A DNA stretch of 64,000 bases from Leptolyngbyaceae cyanobacterium. GTDB lineage: Bacteria > Cyanobacteriota > Cyanobacteriia > Phormidesmidales > Phormidesmidaceae. The notes beneath the pieces are model-generated. The model ran no database searches, was not told where the DNA came from, and saw nothing but the letters and a program-made list of their open reading frames with translations. The DNA lies in contig JBHJHA010000021.1 of assembly GCA_050331235.1 (NCBI GenBank), forward strand, positions 1 through 64,000. Reading direction: 5' to 3'. Below, in pieces: positions 42,858 to 54,204 of this stretch. Positions within the stretch are counted from its first letter, which is position 1, and every line of letters starts with the position of its first letter. The position numbers were made by a program, and so were the translations under genes.

Positions 42858-43901
42858 ATGGCCAATCAGCCACCGCTTGACGATCTCTATGCCGCAATTG
42901 CCGACCTCGTGATGTGTCACTCCCCCAGTGGCGCTGAGCAGGAAATCAACGCCTACCTCACGGCCCACCTTAGCGATCGCGGCATCGAACACTGGCAGGA
43001 TGAAGCGGATAATATCGTTGCCTGTATTCGCGGCTCCGAGGCTGGCGAGATCGCCATTACGGCCCACAAAGACGAAATTGGCGGCATGGTCAAAACCATT
43101 GAGCCCGATGGTCGTATCCTAGTCCGGCGCTTAGGCGGTTCCTATCCTTGGATCTATGGCGAAGGCGTGGTGGATTTTTTGGGTGATCGCGCTACCCAAT
43201 CCGGTATTTTGTCCTTTGGCTCCCGCCATGTCTCCCACGAGTCGCGTCAAAAAACTCAGCAGGAAGGCGACGCTGTAACCTGGGAAACCGCCTGGGTCGA
43301 AACCAAGCGTGAGCCTGAGGCTTTGGCCGCAGCGGGCATCCGCCCTGGCACTCGGATGGTGATTGGCAAACATCGCAAGCAGCCCTATCGGCTTGGGGAC
43401 TATATCGCCAGCTACACCCTAGATAACAAGGCTTCAGTGGCGATCCTGTTGGCTCTGGCAACGCGGTTGACCGCACCTTGCAAGACCATATACCTCGTAT
43501 TTTCTGCTAAAGAAGAGGTGGGAGCGGTGGGCGCGTTATATTTCAGCAATCGGCAGTCCCTCGAGGCGTTGATCGCCTTAGAAATTTGTCCCCTCTCTGA
43601 GGAATACCCCATTGCCGCCAATGATGCACCGGTCGTGTTGGCTCAAGACAAATATGGGCTATATGACGAGATGCTAACCCAACAATTAGTCCAAGCGGCT
43701 CACACCTGCAATCGCCCTATCCAGCAGGCAATCATCACTGGATTTGGCAGCGATGCTTCCATCGCAATGACCTTTGGCCATGTGCCCAAAGCCGCCTGTC
43801 TCAGCTTTCCAACCCATAACACCCACGGCTATGAAATTGCCCATCTAGGGGCGATCGCCCACTGTATCGATATTTTGGAGCAGTTCTGTAACGACCTATA
43901 A
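42858..43901 (+). CDS. M42 family metallopeptidase
   Basis: SPSGAE, AHKDEIG, LDNK, KEEVG and NTHGYE motifs. Confidence 0.88.
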   Translation: MANQPPLDDLYAAIADLVMCHSPSGAEQEINAYLTAHLSDRGIEHWQDEADNIVACIRGSEAGEIAITAHKDEIGGMVKTIEPDGRILVRRLGGSYPWIYGEGVVDFLGDRATQSGILSFGSRHVSHESRQKTQQEGDAVTWETAWVETKREPEALAAAGIRPGTRMVIGKHRKQPYRLGDYIASYTLDNKASVAILLALATRLTAPCKTIYLVFSAKEEVGAVGALYFSNRQSLEALIALEICPLSEEYPIAANDAPVVLAQDKYGLYDEMLTQQLVQAAHTCNRPIQQAIITGFGSDASIAMTFGHVPKAACLSFPTHNTHGYEIAHLGAIAHCIDILEQFCNDL

Positions 43902-44087
43902 CGGCCTGTGAGTTCCCTGGAATCTGGACTCTACAATAAATGTGAGCTTTGGCAGTCATGGCAAAGCTGGGGATCAGCCCCACCAGCAGGACCCTAGCCT
44001 CTGGTCTACCCAGTCCTTGGGTAGCTGAGTCAGAGTGCCCCTGTTGCTATCTGCGTCGCGACTGCCCCTAATCTGGGAGAAAGTCAG

Positions 44088-44579
44088 ATGGCCAAAATGG
44101 TCGCCGATGTGATGACCCGTGACCTCTTCACCGTCACGCCAGAAACGCCTTTGCCAGAGGCTATTCAACTACTGGCCAAAAATCGGATCAGTGGCTTACC
44201 TGTGGTGACGACTACAGGGCAGCTGCAAGGGGTATTATCCGAATCTGATTTGATGTGGCAAGTCACCGGAGCACCACTACCGGCATACATTATGCTGCTC
44301 GATAGCGTGATTTATCTAGAAAACCCCGCTCGCTACAACGATGAAGTGCATAAGGCACTGGGCCAAACCGTTGCGGAAGTGATGGACCATGCCAAGGTCA
44401 TTACGACCCATCCTGAGACGTCTCTCAAGGAGGCGGCCCAGCTTATGCACCACAAAAAAGTGACGCGATTGCCAGTCCTCGACGATGACGGTAGTCTAGT
44501 GGGCATTTTGACCCAAGGGGATATTGTCCGGGCGATGGCAGAGAGCTACCAGGAAGTAGCGGCTGACATGTCAGGATAG
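44088..44579 (+). CDS. CBS-domain protein
   Basis: Tandem CBS motifs ISGLPVV and RLPVLD. Confidence 0.9.
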   Translation: MAKMVADVMTRDLFTVTPETPLPEAIQLLAKNRISGLPVVTTTGQLQGVLSESDLMWQVTGAPLPAYIMLLDSVIYLENPARYNDEVHKALGQTVAEVMDHAKVITTHPETSLKEAAQLMHHKKVTRLPVLDDDGSLVGILTQGDIVRAMAESYQEVAADMSG

Positions 44580-44645
44580 AAAAGGTTGTCGTCGATATCA
44601 AGGGCGATCGCTGTGTCAATGCTGTTTGTGACCGAGGAAAACGCC

Positions 44646-45308
44646 ATGAGCCCTACCCCTGAGAGTGTGAAGCAACTGATCGACTCGTCTGATCTGGGGG
44701 AGCGACTGCGCGGTGTCAATCAGGCTAGGGAGCTTGAGCCAGCGATCGCTTATCCGCTAGTGGTCAAAGCCTGTCAAGACGAAAATGCTCGGGTGCGGTA
44801 TTCAGCCGTGAGCCAGATGGATACCCTCGGGGATCAAGACCGACAGCAGACCGTGGAGCTGCTGCGGCAAGCCCTGCTAAACGATCCCGAGGCGGACGTT
44901 CAATCCGCCGCCGCCGATGCCCTAGGCGGCCTCAAAATGACCGAGGCCTACGAAGAGCTAAAGGCTACCTATGAAACTACCGACGAGTGGTTGTTGAAAT
45001 TCAGCATCGTGGCGGCCATGGGTGAACTCGGCGATCCGCGCTCGTTTGATCTGCTGGCACAGGCCATCCAGTCAGACATTAGTTTAGTCTCGACTGCGGC
45101 CATCGGCTCCTTGGGCGAACTCGGCGACCCTAGGGCGATCCCGCTACTGTTACCCTATGTGCAAGCAGACGACTGGCAGGTACGTCACCGCGTCACCCAA
45201 GCTCTTGGGCAATTTGATAGCCCAGAGGTCGAAGCCGCTTTGCAAGAGCTGAGTCAGGACACCTCAGAGACCGTCGCTGAGGCAGCCAAGCGTAATTTGC
45301 CTCGTTAA
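44646..45308 (+). CDS. nblB: HEAT-repeat phycobilisome degradation protein, NblB-like
   Basis: RLRGVNQ, RVRYSAVSQ, DVQSAAADA, WLLKFSIVAA and WQVRHR; located next to a CBS gene. Confidence 0.75.
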   Translation: MSPTPESVKQLIDSSDLGERLRGVNQARELEPAIAYPLVVKACQDENARVRYSAVSQMDTLGDQDRQQTVELLRQALLNDPEADVQSAAADALGGLKMTEAYEELKATYETTDEWLLKFSIVAAMGELGDPRSFDLLAQAIQSDISLVSTAAIGSLGELGDPRAIPLLLPYVQADDWQVRHRVTQALGQFDSPEVEAALQELSQDTSETVAEAAKRNLPR

Positions 45309-45752
45309 CTGCCGTCGGAGACACCGCTAGCCAAGATGACCATTGGACAATCAGTGATGAGGCTGATGAATCCATCCCATGGCTGCAGAGACCTGCCGTC
45401 AAATGAGCTACTGTCAATGACCGGTCCCGTGTGGCCAGTTCCTTCCTCGCAGCTTAGACTCGTCATCCTTCTACCTCTGCTATCGCATGATCTATGCTCT
45501 GGATGTTGCACTCTCAGGAGGAGGGATTAGTTACTACATCGCTGAATGGTCTGATTTGAGTAATCCTCTTGATATAATAGAGTTGAAAATAAAAGTTTTT
45601 ATCTACCGATTGCTGTAAAAGTGCTGATTGCACTAACCTTTTGGGAGTTTTCGTCAACAATTTTTTGTTTTGCTGTTCAAAACCTTGATGACTTTCAAAA
45701 GCATCAGTCTTTTCCCAACGTAACGAATTGTTAGTTCTCTGGAGGACATCCA

Positions 45753-46208
45753 GTGGTAGCTCTTTTTCAGCCCTCCATTCAACCAAATTGGGGCAGTTTG
45801 AGCTTTGTTTCAACGCTTTATCTCTGCCCCGTGCTTGATCGGCTAATGGACAAAGTGCCTCAAAAATGGCACGCCGAGGTCCGTTTAGGGCTTCAGGAAG
45901 CGCTCGTTAACGCTGTCAAACACGGCAATCGTCTTGATCCCCGTAAAGTGATCTCGGTGCGCTACAAGACCTCGGGCAATCAATACTGGTGGATCATTGA
46001 AGATCAGGGCAGCGGTTTCGATTTTGAAAACTGCTGTTGTGCCGAGATTTGCGATGAGGAAGCCGAATTGTCTGCAGTGGGGGACTGTGGTCGAGGGCTG
46101 TATATTCTCAATCAGATCTTTGACGAAGTGCAGTGGACTCAAGACGGTAGGGAGTTACACCTGCGGAAGCGGATTCATCGCTGGTTTGGCTTACCGCTAG
46201 TGGGTTGA
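45753..46208 (+). CDS. pmgA: Anti-sigma-factor-like HATPase (PmgA-like)
   Basis: FVSTLYLCPVLD, RLGLQEALVNAVKHGN, DQGSGF and GRGLYIL motifs. Confidence 0.7.
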   Translation: MVALFQPSIQPNWGSLSFVSTLYLCPVLDRLMDKVPQKWHAEVRLGLQEALVNAVKHGNRLDPRKVISVRYKTSGNQYWWIIEDQGSGFDFENCCCAEICDEEAELSAVGDCGRGLYILNQIFDEVQWTQDGRELHLRKRIHRWFGLPLVG

Positions 46209-46481
46209 CGGTGACTTTGGCCCATGGGTAGGGCAGGGAGGCGCAGTGAGGCTGCGATCTAGCCAGCCCGTTGCTTGCTGAAGTCGAATCAGGGCTTCTT
46301 CTGATTCTCCCTTGATTAAATAAACCAGGGCAGCGGCGGTTTGCTCTTGCGCACGTATGCGACGATCGCGATTGAGGCGGTGCCAATCATTCGGTTTGAT
46401 CGCGAGACGTGCAGCGATCGCCTGAGCCAATTCCAAGTCACTGAGATTGGCAGCTTGGGAATGGGGAGTTTGAGAGTGCAT
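46197..46481 (-). CDS. Conserved cyanobacterial hypothetical protein (DUF6439-like)
   Basis: DWHRLN...RAQEQ...WLDRSLTAPPCPTHG. Confidence 0.7.
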   Translation of the reverse strand: MHSQTPHSQAANLSDLELAQAIAARLAIKPNDWHRLNRDRRIRAQEQTAAALVYLIKGESEEALIRLQQATGWLDRSLTAPPCPTHGPKSPSTH

Positions 46482-46530
46482 AGTGAATCCGTAAGAATGT
46501 GGCTATGATAAGCGCGAACGCTTCTCTATT

Positions 46531-46932
46531 GTGCACATGAATCGCCCACAACGAGGATGGCGGCAGCGCCGAAAACGGCAGCGCCGGGAAATTCGTGGGA
46601 TGTTTTCTCCCTTTTTGATCCCTGATGACCCGGCTGACTTTGCAGTTGCCCTCACCCAGCTCGAAGAGGCCATCGTTCAATTGCGACAGCGCTACGAAGC
46701 GGTGCAGTCCTTGCGCACTGAGCAGCAGCAGGTGGAGCAGCAGCTTCAGCTGCCGCCGCTGAGTCCCGACACTGTGACCGAACTCCAGCAGCGTTTACAA
46801 ACGTTAGAAACGCAGTTGGAGAGCCAGCTATTTGATTGGCGATCGCTCCAGGAACCGTTTTGGCAGGCAGTACGCTTTGGTGGACTGGGGATCATCTTGG
46901 GGTGGCTGTTGCACAGTCTGGTGAGCCGCTAG
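46531..46932 (+). CDS. Coiled-coil protein with a C-terminal TM helix
   Basis: LESQLFDW...EPFWQAVRFGGLGIILGW; start uncertain. Confidence 0.7.
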   Translation: MHMNRPQRGWRQRRKRQRREIRGMFSPFLIPDDPADFAVALTQLEEAIVQLRQRYEAVQSLRTEQQQVEQQLQLPPLSPDTVTELQQRLQTLETQLESQLFDWRSLQEPFWQAVRFGGLGIILGWLLHSLVSR

Positions 46933-47031
46933 CTGGAGCGGATGGAAAAATCGCTGTTCCTGGGCACAAAGACTGCGTTACGGTAGCCCTAGACTAGGAA
47001 CGTTCATTCTATTCATTCTTTTTCAGACGCC

Positions 47032-48420
47032 ATGACTGCTACTCGCATTTCCGATTTGCTGAAGTTAGGACAACCTGGCGAATCGGTCATCGTCCACGGT
47101 TGGGTGCGCACCAAGCGAGCCCAAAAGTCGTTGTGCTTTATCAATCTCAACGACGGTTCCTGTATGAGTGGTTTGCAGGTCGTGGCTGAGTCAGAACTTC
47201 CTGACTACGAGGCGCTAATAGGCCAGATTACTACTGGTACCTCCATCGAAATCAGCGGCACCTTGGTCGAGTCCCCAGCTAAAGGACAGCGCGTAGAGCT
47301 GAAAGCAGCGCAACTCACGGTCTTTGGTGGGGCGGATGAAACCTATCCCCTGCAAAAGAAGCGCCATAGTTTTGAGTTTTTGCGGACGCTCGGTCATTTG
47401 CGATCGCGCACCAACACCTTGGGAGCGGTATTTCGGGTGCGGAATGCCTGTGCCCAAGCGGTCCATGACTTTTTTCGGGAGCGGGGCTTTATATGGGTAC
47501 ATACCCCAATTTTGACCGCTAGCGATTGCGAAGGTGCGGGTGAGATGTTTACCGTCACTAGCTTGAACCTGAATCAGCCACCGCTGACTCAACAAAACGG
47601 CCTTGATATCGACCAAGACTTCTTTGGCAAGCCAGCCTACCTCACGGTGAGCGGGCAGCTAGAAGCGGAGATCATGGCCATGGCTTTTACAAATGTCTAT
47701 ACCTTTGGCCCGACCTTTCGGGCGGAAAATTCCAATACCTCTCGTCATTTGGCCGAGTTTTGGATGATTGAGCCCGAGATGGCGTTCTGCGATCTGGTTG
47801 GCAATATGGACCTCGCCGAGGACTTTCTCAAGTATGTTTTCCAGGCCGTGCTGAATCAGTGTGAAGATGACATGGCCTTTTTCAACCAGCGCATTGATGA
47901 TTCGGTGCTTGCGACGGCGGAAAACATCACCAACAATGAATTTGCCCGGATTACCTACACCGAAGCCGTTGATTGGCTGCTCAAAGCCGATCAGTCTTTT
48001 GAGTTTCCGGTGGAATGGGGTATTGATTTGCAATCAGAACATGAACGCTACCTCGCCGAAGTGCTGTTCAAAAAGCCTGTGATTGTGACCGACTATCCAG
48101 CAGCGATCAAGGCATTTTACATGCGGCTAAACGAGGACCAAAAAACAGTCGCAGCCATGGACGTACTGGCTCCCAAGGTGGGCGAAATCATTGGAGGTTC
48201 CCAGCGGGAGGAACGGCTTGATGTCTTGGAAACCCGCATTGATGAGGCGGGGCTGCCCCGGGAAGCCTATTGGTGGTACCTGGACTTACGACGCTACGGC
48301 ACGGTGCCCCATGCCGGATTTGGCCTCGGTTTTGAGCGACTGATTCAGTTCATGACTGGGATGGGGAATATTCGCGATGTCATTCCCTTCCCTCGCACGC
48401 CCGATAACATTGAATTCTAG
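47032..48420 (+). CDS. asnS: Asparagine--tRNA ligase
   Basis: [35 protein letters not shown] and GFGLGFER motifs. Confidence 0.97.
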   Translation: MTATRISDLLKLGQPGESVIVHGWVRTKRAQKSLCFINLNDGSCMSGLQVVAESELPDYEALIGQITTGTSIEISGTLVESPAKGQRVELKAAQLTVFGGADETYPLQKKRHSFEFLRTLGHLRSRTNTLGAVFRVRNACAQAVHDFFRERGFIWVHTPILTASDCEGAGEMFTVTSLNLNQPPLTQQNGLDIDQDFFGKPAYLTVSGQLEAEIMAMAFTNVYTFGPTFRAENSNTSRHLAEFWMIEPEMAFCDLVGNMDLAEDFLKYVFQAVLNQCEDDMAFFNQRIDDSVLATAENITNNEFARITYTEAVDWLLKADQSFEFPVEWGIDLQSEHERYLAEVLFKKPVIVTDYPAAIKAFYMRLNEDQKTVAAMDVLAPKVGEIIGGSQREERLDVLETRIDEAGLPREAYWWYLDLRRYGTVPHAGFGLGFERLIQFMTGMGNIRDVIPFPRTPDNIEF

Positions 48421-48479
48421 CGGTTATGGATTCCCTACAAGGCGTCAGATCTCCGATTGCTCGAGCGGTGATCATAGCG

Positions 48480-49700
48480 TTAAGGCTGGATGCCCAACTG
48501 ACTGATGCTTTGTAACAAACGCTCAGCTTGGGCTGGGTCAGATTGCCGATAGTGGGCAATGGCGGTTTGAAAGGCTTGGATACTTTCGGGTATCTTGCCC
48601 AGTTTGAAGAGAGCGACGCCGAGGTTTTGGTAAGCTGCCGCATAGGCGGGATTTAGCGCGATCGCCCGCTGATAGGCGTGGACTGCGCCGGCTAAATCGC
48701 CAGAAGCTCGTTTAGCGATTCCCAAGTTAAAGTGTGCCAGCGCCAACTCAGGGGCGGCAGCGACAGCAGCGGAAAAAGCGGCCAGTGCTCCCTGTCCATT
48801 GCCACTGGCTTGATAAAGGCTGCCTAGGTTGACATAGGCGCTGACTTTAAGTATGTCGGGAACGTCTTGAGCGAGGGCCTGTTGATAGTGGTCGATTGCA
48901 AGGGCCAACAATTCCTGATCGCGATAGGCCAACCCCAGGTGATAGTGGAGTTCATACCGAGTGGAGGGATCAGCAGGCTGTGCGGCCAAGCCCCGCTCTA
49001 ACAGAGTTTGTCCCTTGTACCAATCACCGGCACTGCCGTAAAGGGCCCCCAGCTTGCTACAGATATAGGCATCCTTGGGATGCTCTGCTAGGTAAGCCGC
49101 CATGATCTTTTCGGCCCGGAGAAACTTATCGCGCTGGGCGATCGCTGCTTCCCCATAGCCGGTGTGGGTGATCGCGATCACCGGCCACCGTACAACTTGC
49201 CAGGCTGGTTCCGCCTGCTGCAACCGGATGACGCTGTCATCGATGGACTCATGGTAAGGGCGCTCAAATTGAATATCGGAGCGATTGCGAAAGATGCGCG
49301 TCAGCTCGGAATAGGGTGACTGGGCTGTCCCTTGTTCATGTCGTAGCAGGTTGACGGCGATGATGGACGCAAGCGGTATTGTCTCTAGGGCAGATTGCTC
49401 TCGTAGCTGCCGCAGTAGGGTTTGACCATCGTGGGTCAAGGCTTCGTCGGCATCGAGCACCAAAATCCAATCGCTGCTTGCGCGCGCTAATGACTGGTTG
49501 CGCGCCGTCGCAAAATCTTGCGTCCATGCCATCTCGGCCACTTGAGCGCCGTAGGATTGGGCGATCGCGATCGTGTCATCCTCAGACCCCGTATCAACAA
49601 CCATGATTTCGTCTACAAAATCCCGCACGCTGTCGAGGCACTGTGGGAGATTATCGGCCTCATCTTTGACAATCATGCAGAGAGAAATAGTCATCGGCAT
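48480..49700 (-). CDS. GT2 glycosyltransferase with TPR repeats
   Basis: ISLCMIVKDE, VDTGSED and LDADE motifs; C-terminal TPRs. Confidence 0.9.
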   Translation of the reverse strand: MPMTISLCMIVKDEADNLPQCLDSVRDFVDEIMVVDTGSEDDTIAIAQSYGAQVAEMAWTQDFATARNQSLARASSDWILVLDADEALTHDGQTLLRQLREQSALETIPLASIIAVNLLRHEQGTAQSPYSELTRIFRNRSDIQFERPYHESIDDSVIRLQQAEPAWQVVRWPVIAITHTGYGEAAIAQRDKFLRAEKIMAAYLAEHPKDAYICSKLGALYGSAGDWYKGQTLLERGLAAQPADPSTRYELHYHLGLAYRDQELLALAIDHYQQALAQDVPDILKVSAYVNLGSLYQASGNGQGALAAFSAAVAAAPELALAHFNLGIAKRASGDLAGAVHAYQRAIALNPAYAAAYQNLGVALFKLGKIPESIQAFQTAIAHYRQSDPAQAERLLQSISQLGIQP

Positions 49701-49842
49701 CCGGGTAATCCAGCGAGGATGGTGGAACGGCAGCGGGTTGAGTGCCAACGTCAGTCACTATGGTTACGCTACCGCATCAGCCGCCGTTTGATAAATTAGC
49801 GAACTTATTGAGGCGCTCGCCGGTGATGACCCCAAGCTGCAG

Positions 49843-51258
49843 CTATGCGATGAGGCGCTGCTGGGCCTCGCTCAAAGCCAACCTGACCTGCTCAAACCCG
49901 GTGCCACCAAAACTATTGCGGGCGGCGACAACTTGCGGCGGTGCGATTGCCGCATAAATATCTGAGTCAAAGGTGGGATGCAGCGACTGCCACTCCTCCA
50001 GGGTTAAATCTTTGAGCAACTTGTTGCTAGCCAGGCAAGTGCGGACCACCTGCCCCACCAAGTTATAAGCTTCGCGAAACGGGACGCCTTTGCTAGCTAA
50101 ATAGTCAGCGACGTCGGTGGCATTAGAAAAGTCTGTGGCGACAGTGGCGGCTAATCGCTCAGTTTGAAATGTGAGACCTTCTTGCAGCAATATCGTCATC
50201 GCCTCAAGGCAGCCCTGCACGGTTTTTACCGTATCAAACAGAGGTTCTTTGTCTTCTTGCAAATCCTTGTTGTAGGCCATGGGGAGGCCCTTCATCATGA
50301 CCAATAGGCTTTGGAGATGCCCAAATACCCGACCTGTCTTACCTCGTACCAGTTCGGGCACGTCGGGATTTTTCTTTTGGGGCATAATGCTTGACCCAGT
50401 GGAGCAGGTGTCCGTCAGCTTGACAAAACCAAATTCTGCTGAGGCCCAGAGGATGATTTCTTCCGCCAACCGCGACAGATGCACGGCAATGAGACTCGCC
50501 GCCGCCGTGAATTCGATCGCAAAGTCGCGATCGCTAACGCCGTCTAAGCTATTGCGATAAATGCCTTCAAAACTCAGCAATTCCGCTGTGTAGGCTCGAT
50601 CAATTGGGAAAGGCGTCCCCGCCAGAGCTCCGCATCCTAAGGGCGAAACGTTGATCCGCGATCGCACATCCCCTAGCCGTTCCCAGTCGCGCTGGGCCAT
50701 CTCAAAATAAGCCAGTAGATGATGGGCGAGGCTCAAGGGCTGTGCCCGCTGCAGGTGAGTGTAGCCAGGAATAATGGTTTCGATATGCTGTTCGGCATGA
50801 CTGAGCAAGGCAGTTTGAAAGGCGCGTAGATGCTCTTGAATGGCGTCTACCTGTTGTCTGAGATAGAGCCGGATATCGGTGCCGACCTGATCATTTCGTG
50901 AGCGCGCTGTGTGTAGCTTTTTGCCAACATCGCCGACGATGGCAATCAGGCGATGCTCGACGGCAAAATGCACGTCTTCTTCATCAATGCCAGGGCAAAA
51001 CTTGCCGTCGCGATACTCTTGGCGGATTTGCTCTAACCCTTCGACCAGCGTTTCGGCTTCGGCAATGGTGATGATGCCAGATTTAGCCAACATTTTGGCA
51101 TGGGCCTCAGAGCCGGTTAAGTCATGCTCAATCAGCTCAATATCAAACAAAATACTGGCATTAAAAGCCGCGATCGCCGGATTGAGGGCCGACTCAAACC
51201 GCTGACTCCAAGCCTTTTGATTAGGGGAACTCACAAGCAAATCTACCTTTGGAGACAA
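49843..51258 (-). CDS. argH: Argininosuccinate lyase
   Basis: [21 protein letters not shown] and [12 protein letters not shown] motifs. Confidence 0.97.
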   Translation of the reverse strand: MSPKVDLLVSSPNQKAWSQRFESALNPAIAAFNASILFDIELIEHDLTGSEAHAKMLAKSGIITIAEAETLVEGLEQIRQEYRDGKFCPGIDEEDVHFAVEHRLIAIVGDVGKKLHTARSRNDQVGTDIRLYLRQQVDAIQEHLRAFQTALLSHAEQHIETIIPGYTHLQRAQPLSLAHHLLAYFEMAQRDWERLGDVRSRINVSPLGCGALAGTPFPIDRAYTAELLSFEGIYRNSLDGVSDRDFAIEFTAAASLIAVHLSRLAEEIILWASAEFGFVKLTDTCSTGSSIMPQKKNPDVPELVRGKTGRVFGHLQSLLVMMKGLPMAYNKDLQEDKEPLFDTVKTVQGCLEAMTILLQEGLTFQTERLAATVATDFSNATDVADYLASKGVPFREAYNLVGQVVRTCLASNKLLKDLTLEEWQSLHPTFDSDIYAAIAPPQVVAARNSFGGTGFEQVRLALSEAQQRLIA

Positions 51259-51285
51259 TGCAAACCTTAAGTAATAACAGGGAGA

Positions 51286-51552
51286 CTACCGATAGATGGT
51301 CACTCCCCGCTATACATATCCCAATACAAACCCGATGAGGAGTGCCCAAATCTGTCCCGATTCAATAAACGTGCTGATGGCATTACCGATATCTGAAACC
51401 ACATCCTGTTCAAACTGCTGCGCCACAATGGGGACTGGTTTCGGCATTTGGGCCGTGAGCTCGATAGCTGGTTGGGGAGACAGCGTTTCGATCTGCATAA
51501 GCTGGATGCCACTCAGATGCTGGCTAGTCATGTCCAAAAGTTGGGGCTGCAT
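51286..51552 (-). CDS. Small membrane protein with an in-frame TAG at 51310-51312
   Basis: ...FIESGQIWALLIGFVLGYV*RGVTIYR*; the family as recalled ends GY(M/L)(I/L)RxxTxY. Confidence 0.65.
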
Positions 51553-51702
51553 AACACCACCTCACATAGCTTGATGCTATGAATTGAAGCACATCAAAGA
51601 TAAAAAACTGTATTTTCCCAAGAATTGATGGCTACGTTGAGGGCTGGGCGATGCTCCCAAAACATCCAAGTTCTGTCTAATTGCTAGCCGACGCGGTAAC
51701 CG

Positions 51703-53148
51703 CTAGTTCTGACTAAACAAATTGAGCTGAAGTTCAGGTTTGAGCCGCATGACAACTAATGTCACATCGTCATCGGTATGGCGATCGTGCCCCACAAAGC
51801 GCTGCAAAATGCCAAACAGATACTCCAAAATAGATTCCGCCGACTGATAATTCCGACAGGCCCACTTCAGCGCATTAACCAAATTTTCTTCGTCCATCCG
51901 CTCGCCTCGAGAGTTAGCGGCATCGGTAAAGCCATCGGTGTAGTACAGGATCGTGTCACCGGGCTGGAGCTCGATCTGTTCTTCGTAGTAATGGGTATCG
52001 ATATCTAGGCCGAGCAGCATCCCTACAGTATCTAAGCGCGTCACCGTATTGGTGGCCGCTCGCCATAGCAGAGGCGGATTGTGAGCCGCGTTGCTGTAAG
52101 ACAGAATGCGCGTTTGGGGATTGTATTCCCCATAAAATAGGGTGACAAACCGACTGGAATTCTCCAAATCGGTATGCATGACGTGATTCAGATGATGTAA
52201 AATCTGCGCCGCTGAAAAGCTGTGTAGGACCTCTGCCCGCAACATCCCCCTCAGCATAGTCATGATCAACCCAGCCGGCACCCCCTTACCCATCACATCA
52301 CCAACGGCAAAGCTCCAAGGCGATATGGCCGACTGTTGGGCATCGGGATAGCGAATTTGATCGTAGGTCGTCGGAATGAAATCGTAATAGTCACCGCCGA
52401 CCTTGTTGGCAGTGCGGCATTGGGCGGCTAAATCAATCCCATCGATCACTGGAAACGTACGTGGCAATAGCTGTAGTTGGATCTCGGCACCAATCTCCAG
52501 CTCCCGACCCAGGCGCTCTTTTTTGCGCAAGGCGACGGTTAGTTCTTCGTTTTCGATCGCTACTGCCGTTTGGTCAGCCACCAGGCGCACGAGCTTTTGC
52601 CGCGTTTCCGTCCAGGCATAATCAACCTCACGACTAAACACATAGAGCCGACCCCGTTCCACGTTCTTGACAATGATGGCGGTGCCAAAGACCTGAAAGT
52701 CTGCCCCTAAGTACCGATGTACATAGCGGTCTAGAGACAACATCGCCGTACGAGCAATTTCGATCGCGCTGCCCGATGGTGAAAACGAAGCTGTGACTTG
52801 CCGCGTTGCCGCCTCCAAGGCCATTTTGACATCTTGGCAATGGTCGTCACTTTGACAGTGGAGCCGTTCTAAACGTACCTGCCCATCGGGGCGAAACAGC
52901 ACCAAAGCCCCGCCACTAGCATCTGTAACGCGGCTAGCGATCATCGGGATTAACTCTAAAAACTGATTCAGATTGTTCAGGCTGCGCAGGGCAAAGCCTA
53001 AAGAGCTGAGCAAATCTTGAATTTTATGTTGCTCGCGCTGGAGCCGAGTGACCAGCTCTTTCATGGCAAAAGCCGGTGTTGCATCAGGGGTCGAACTGGA
53101 ACCTGACGCGTTTGAAGATGAACCTGGTGGCATAGGCAGAGCGGCCAT
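51703..53148 (-). CDS. GAF + SpoIIE/PP2C phosphatase (RsbU-like)
   Basis: IQLQLLP, VGGDYYDF, GDVMGKG, YYTDG and DDVTLV motifs. Confidence 0.9.
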   Translation of the reverse strand: MAALPMPPGSSSNASGSSSTPDATPAFAMKELVTRLQREQHKIQDLLSSLGFALRSLNNLNQFLELIPMIASRVTDASGGALVLFRPDGQVRLERLHCQSDDHCQDVKMALEAATRQVTASFSPSGSAIEIARTAMLSLDRYVHRYLGADFQVFGTAIIVKNVERGRLYVFSREVDYAWTETRQKLVRLVADQTAVAIENEELTVALRKKERLGRELEIGAEIQLQLLPRTFPVIDGIDLAAQCRTANKVGGDYYDFIPTTYDQIRYPDAQQSAISPWSFAVGDVMGKGVPAGLIMTMLRGMLRAEVLHSFSAAQILHHLNHVMHTDLENSSRFVTLFYGEYNPQTRILSYSNAAHNPPLLWRAATNTVTRLDTVGMLLGLDIDTHYYEEQIELQPGDTILYYTDGFTDAANSRGERMDEENLVNALKWACRNYQSAESILEYLFGILQRFVGHDRHTDDDVTLVVMRLKPELQLNLFSQN

Positions 53149-53394
53149 GGAAACTCCGAGGGTGCAAGGGTTAAGCACCCACTCTTTTCGTCACAAAGAC
53201 TTGTTGGGGATTAAGCATAGCACTCCTCATCAAAAGCGATCACCCCAATCTCGTCGCCCTAACCCTAGATAGATATCGTTGCTATTGGGCTAGCCCTTTT
53301 GAGTCTCTGGCAGGCCGTAAAACAATGAAACTGAGGCAATTTGGCCGCTGCCACAGATCCACTCGCCATTGCCATCGACAAACTCACCACACTC

Positions 53395-54204
53395 TCAGGT
53401 AACGTACCGCAAAGCAAATCTCACTGCCGTATCGAGACAGTCAGTTTGTTGTGGATACTGTACTGGTGGCCGCTCGATTTGTATGAGGCGGATGCCCAGT
53501 TGGGCAGCGATCGCCTGTTTGTGGTCTTGCCCGCCGGGGCTGCCAGACGCTTTGGCGATAACCTGAGTAATTTGCCATTGTTGCCACAGGGCAGTTTCTA
53601 AAGCGGGATTGAGGGGAGGCCGCAAGGCAATGAGGCGATCAGGGCTAAAGCCGCTTTCTAAGGCTGTTGTCAACGCTGGCAAGGACGGCAAGATGCGAGC
53701 ATAGAGTTTGCCACTTTGCTGCTGCCACGCGGCAAACTGCGGTAACAGTCGATAGCCCAAAATGAGTAAGGTCGTTTCGCCCTCGAGGTAGCGATCGGTC
53801 AAGATGGCCTGCACCTGGGGCAGCCGCACAAGCCCGAGCCGTCCCTGACGATCGCGCCATGCTTGGGGGGGGCAGTCAGCTCGTTCGTAGCGTAAATAGG
53901 GAAGGTCATGGCGTCGAGCGATCGCGATCGCGAGCTCCGAAATTTCAGTGGCAAAGGGATGGGACACATCCAAAATGCTGCCAATCTGATATCGCGCAAC
54001 AAATCGTTCGGCCATTGCAGCAGTTAATCGACCAACCCAAACCTGCCAGTTAGGCGAGGTAGGATAGAGCGATCGCGCTGCCGCAGTCGTCACGGTAATA
54101 ATTGCCGCCCTGAGGGGTACTCGATCCCCACGCAGAATGTACACTTGCTCAATGATCTGCCGGCTTTCCTGGGTGCCCCCAATCAGCCAGAGCCGTTGAC
54201 TCAT
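53395..54204 (-). CDS. cobK: Cobalt-precorrin-6A reductase
   Basis: LIGGTQES, DVSHPFA, YLRYER, KASG and IERP motifs. Confidence 0.88.
   Translation of the reverse strand: MSQRLWLIGGTQESRQIIEQVYILRGDRVPLRAAIITVTTAAARSLYPTSPNWQVWVGRLTAAMAERFVARYQIGSILDVSHPFATEISELAIAIARRHDLPYLRYERADCPPQAWRDRQGRLGLVRLPQVQAILTDRYLEGETTLLILGYRLLPQFAAWQQQSGKLYARILPSLPALTTALESGFSPDRLIALRPPLNPALETALWQQWQITQVIAKASGSPGGQDHKQAIAAQLGIRLIQIERPPVQYPQQTDCLDTAVRFALRYVT

Noticed and set aside
45309..45752. Possible ncRNA between nblB and pmgA
   Set aside because: Only weak, short pairings were seen; consistent with an ordinary promoter or 5' UTR.
45753..53148. PmgA-like kinase and RsbU-like phosphatase as a partner-switching operon
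   Set aside because: They are separated by unrelated genes on different strands, with no STAS anti-anti-sigma gene nearby.
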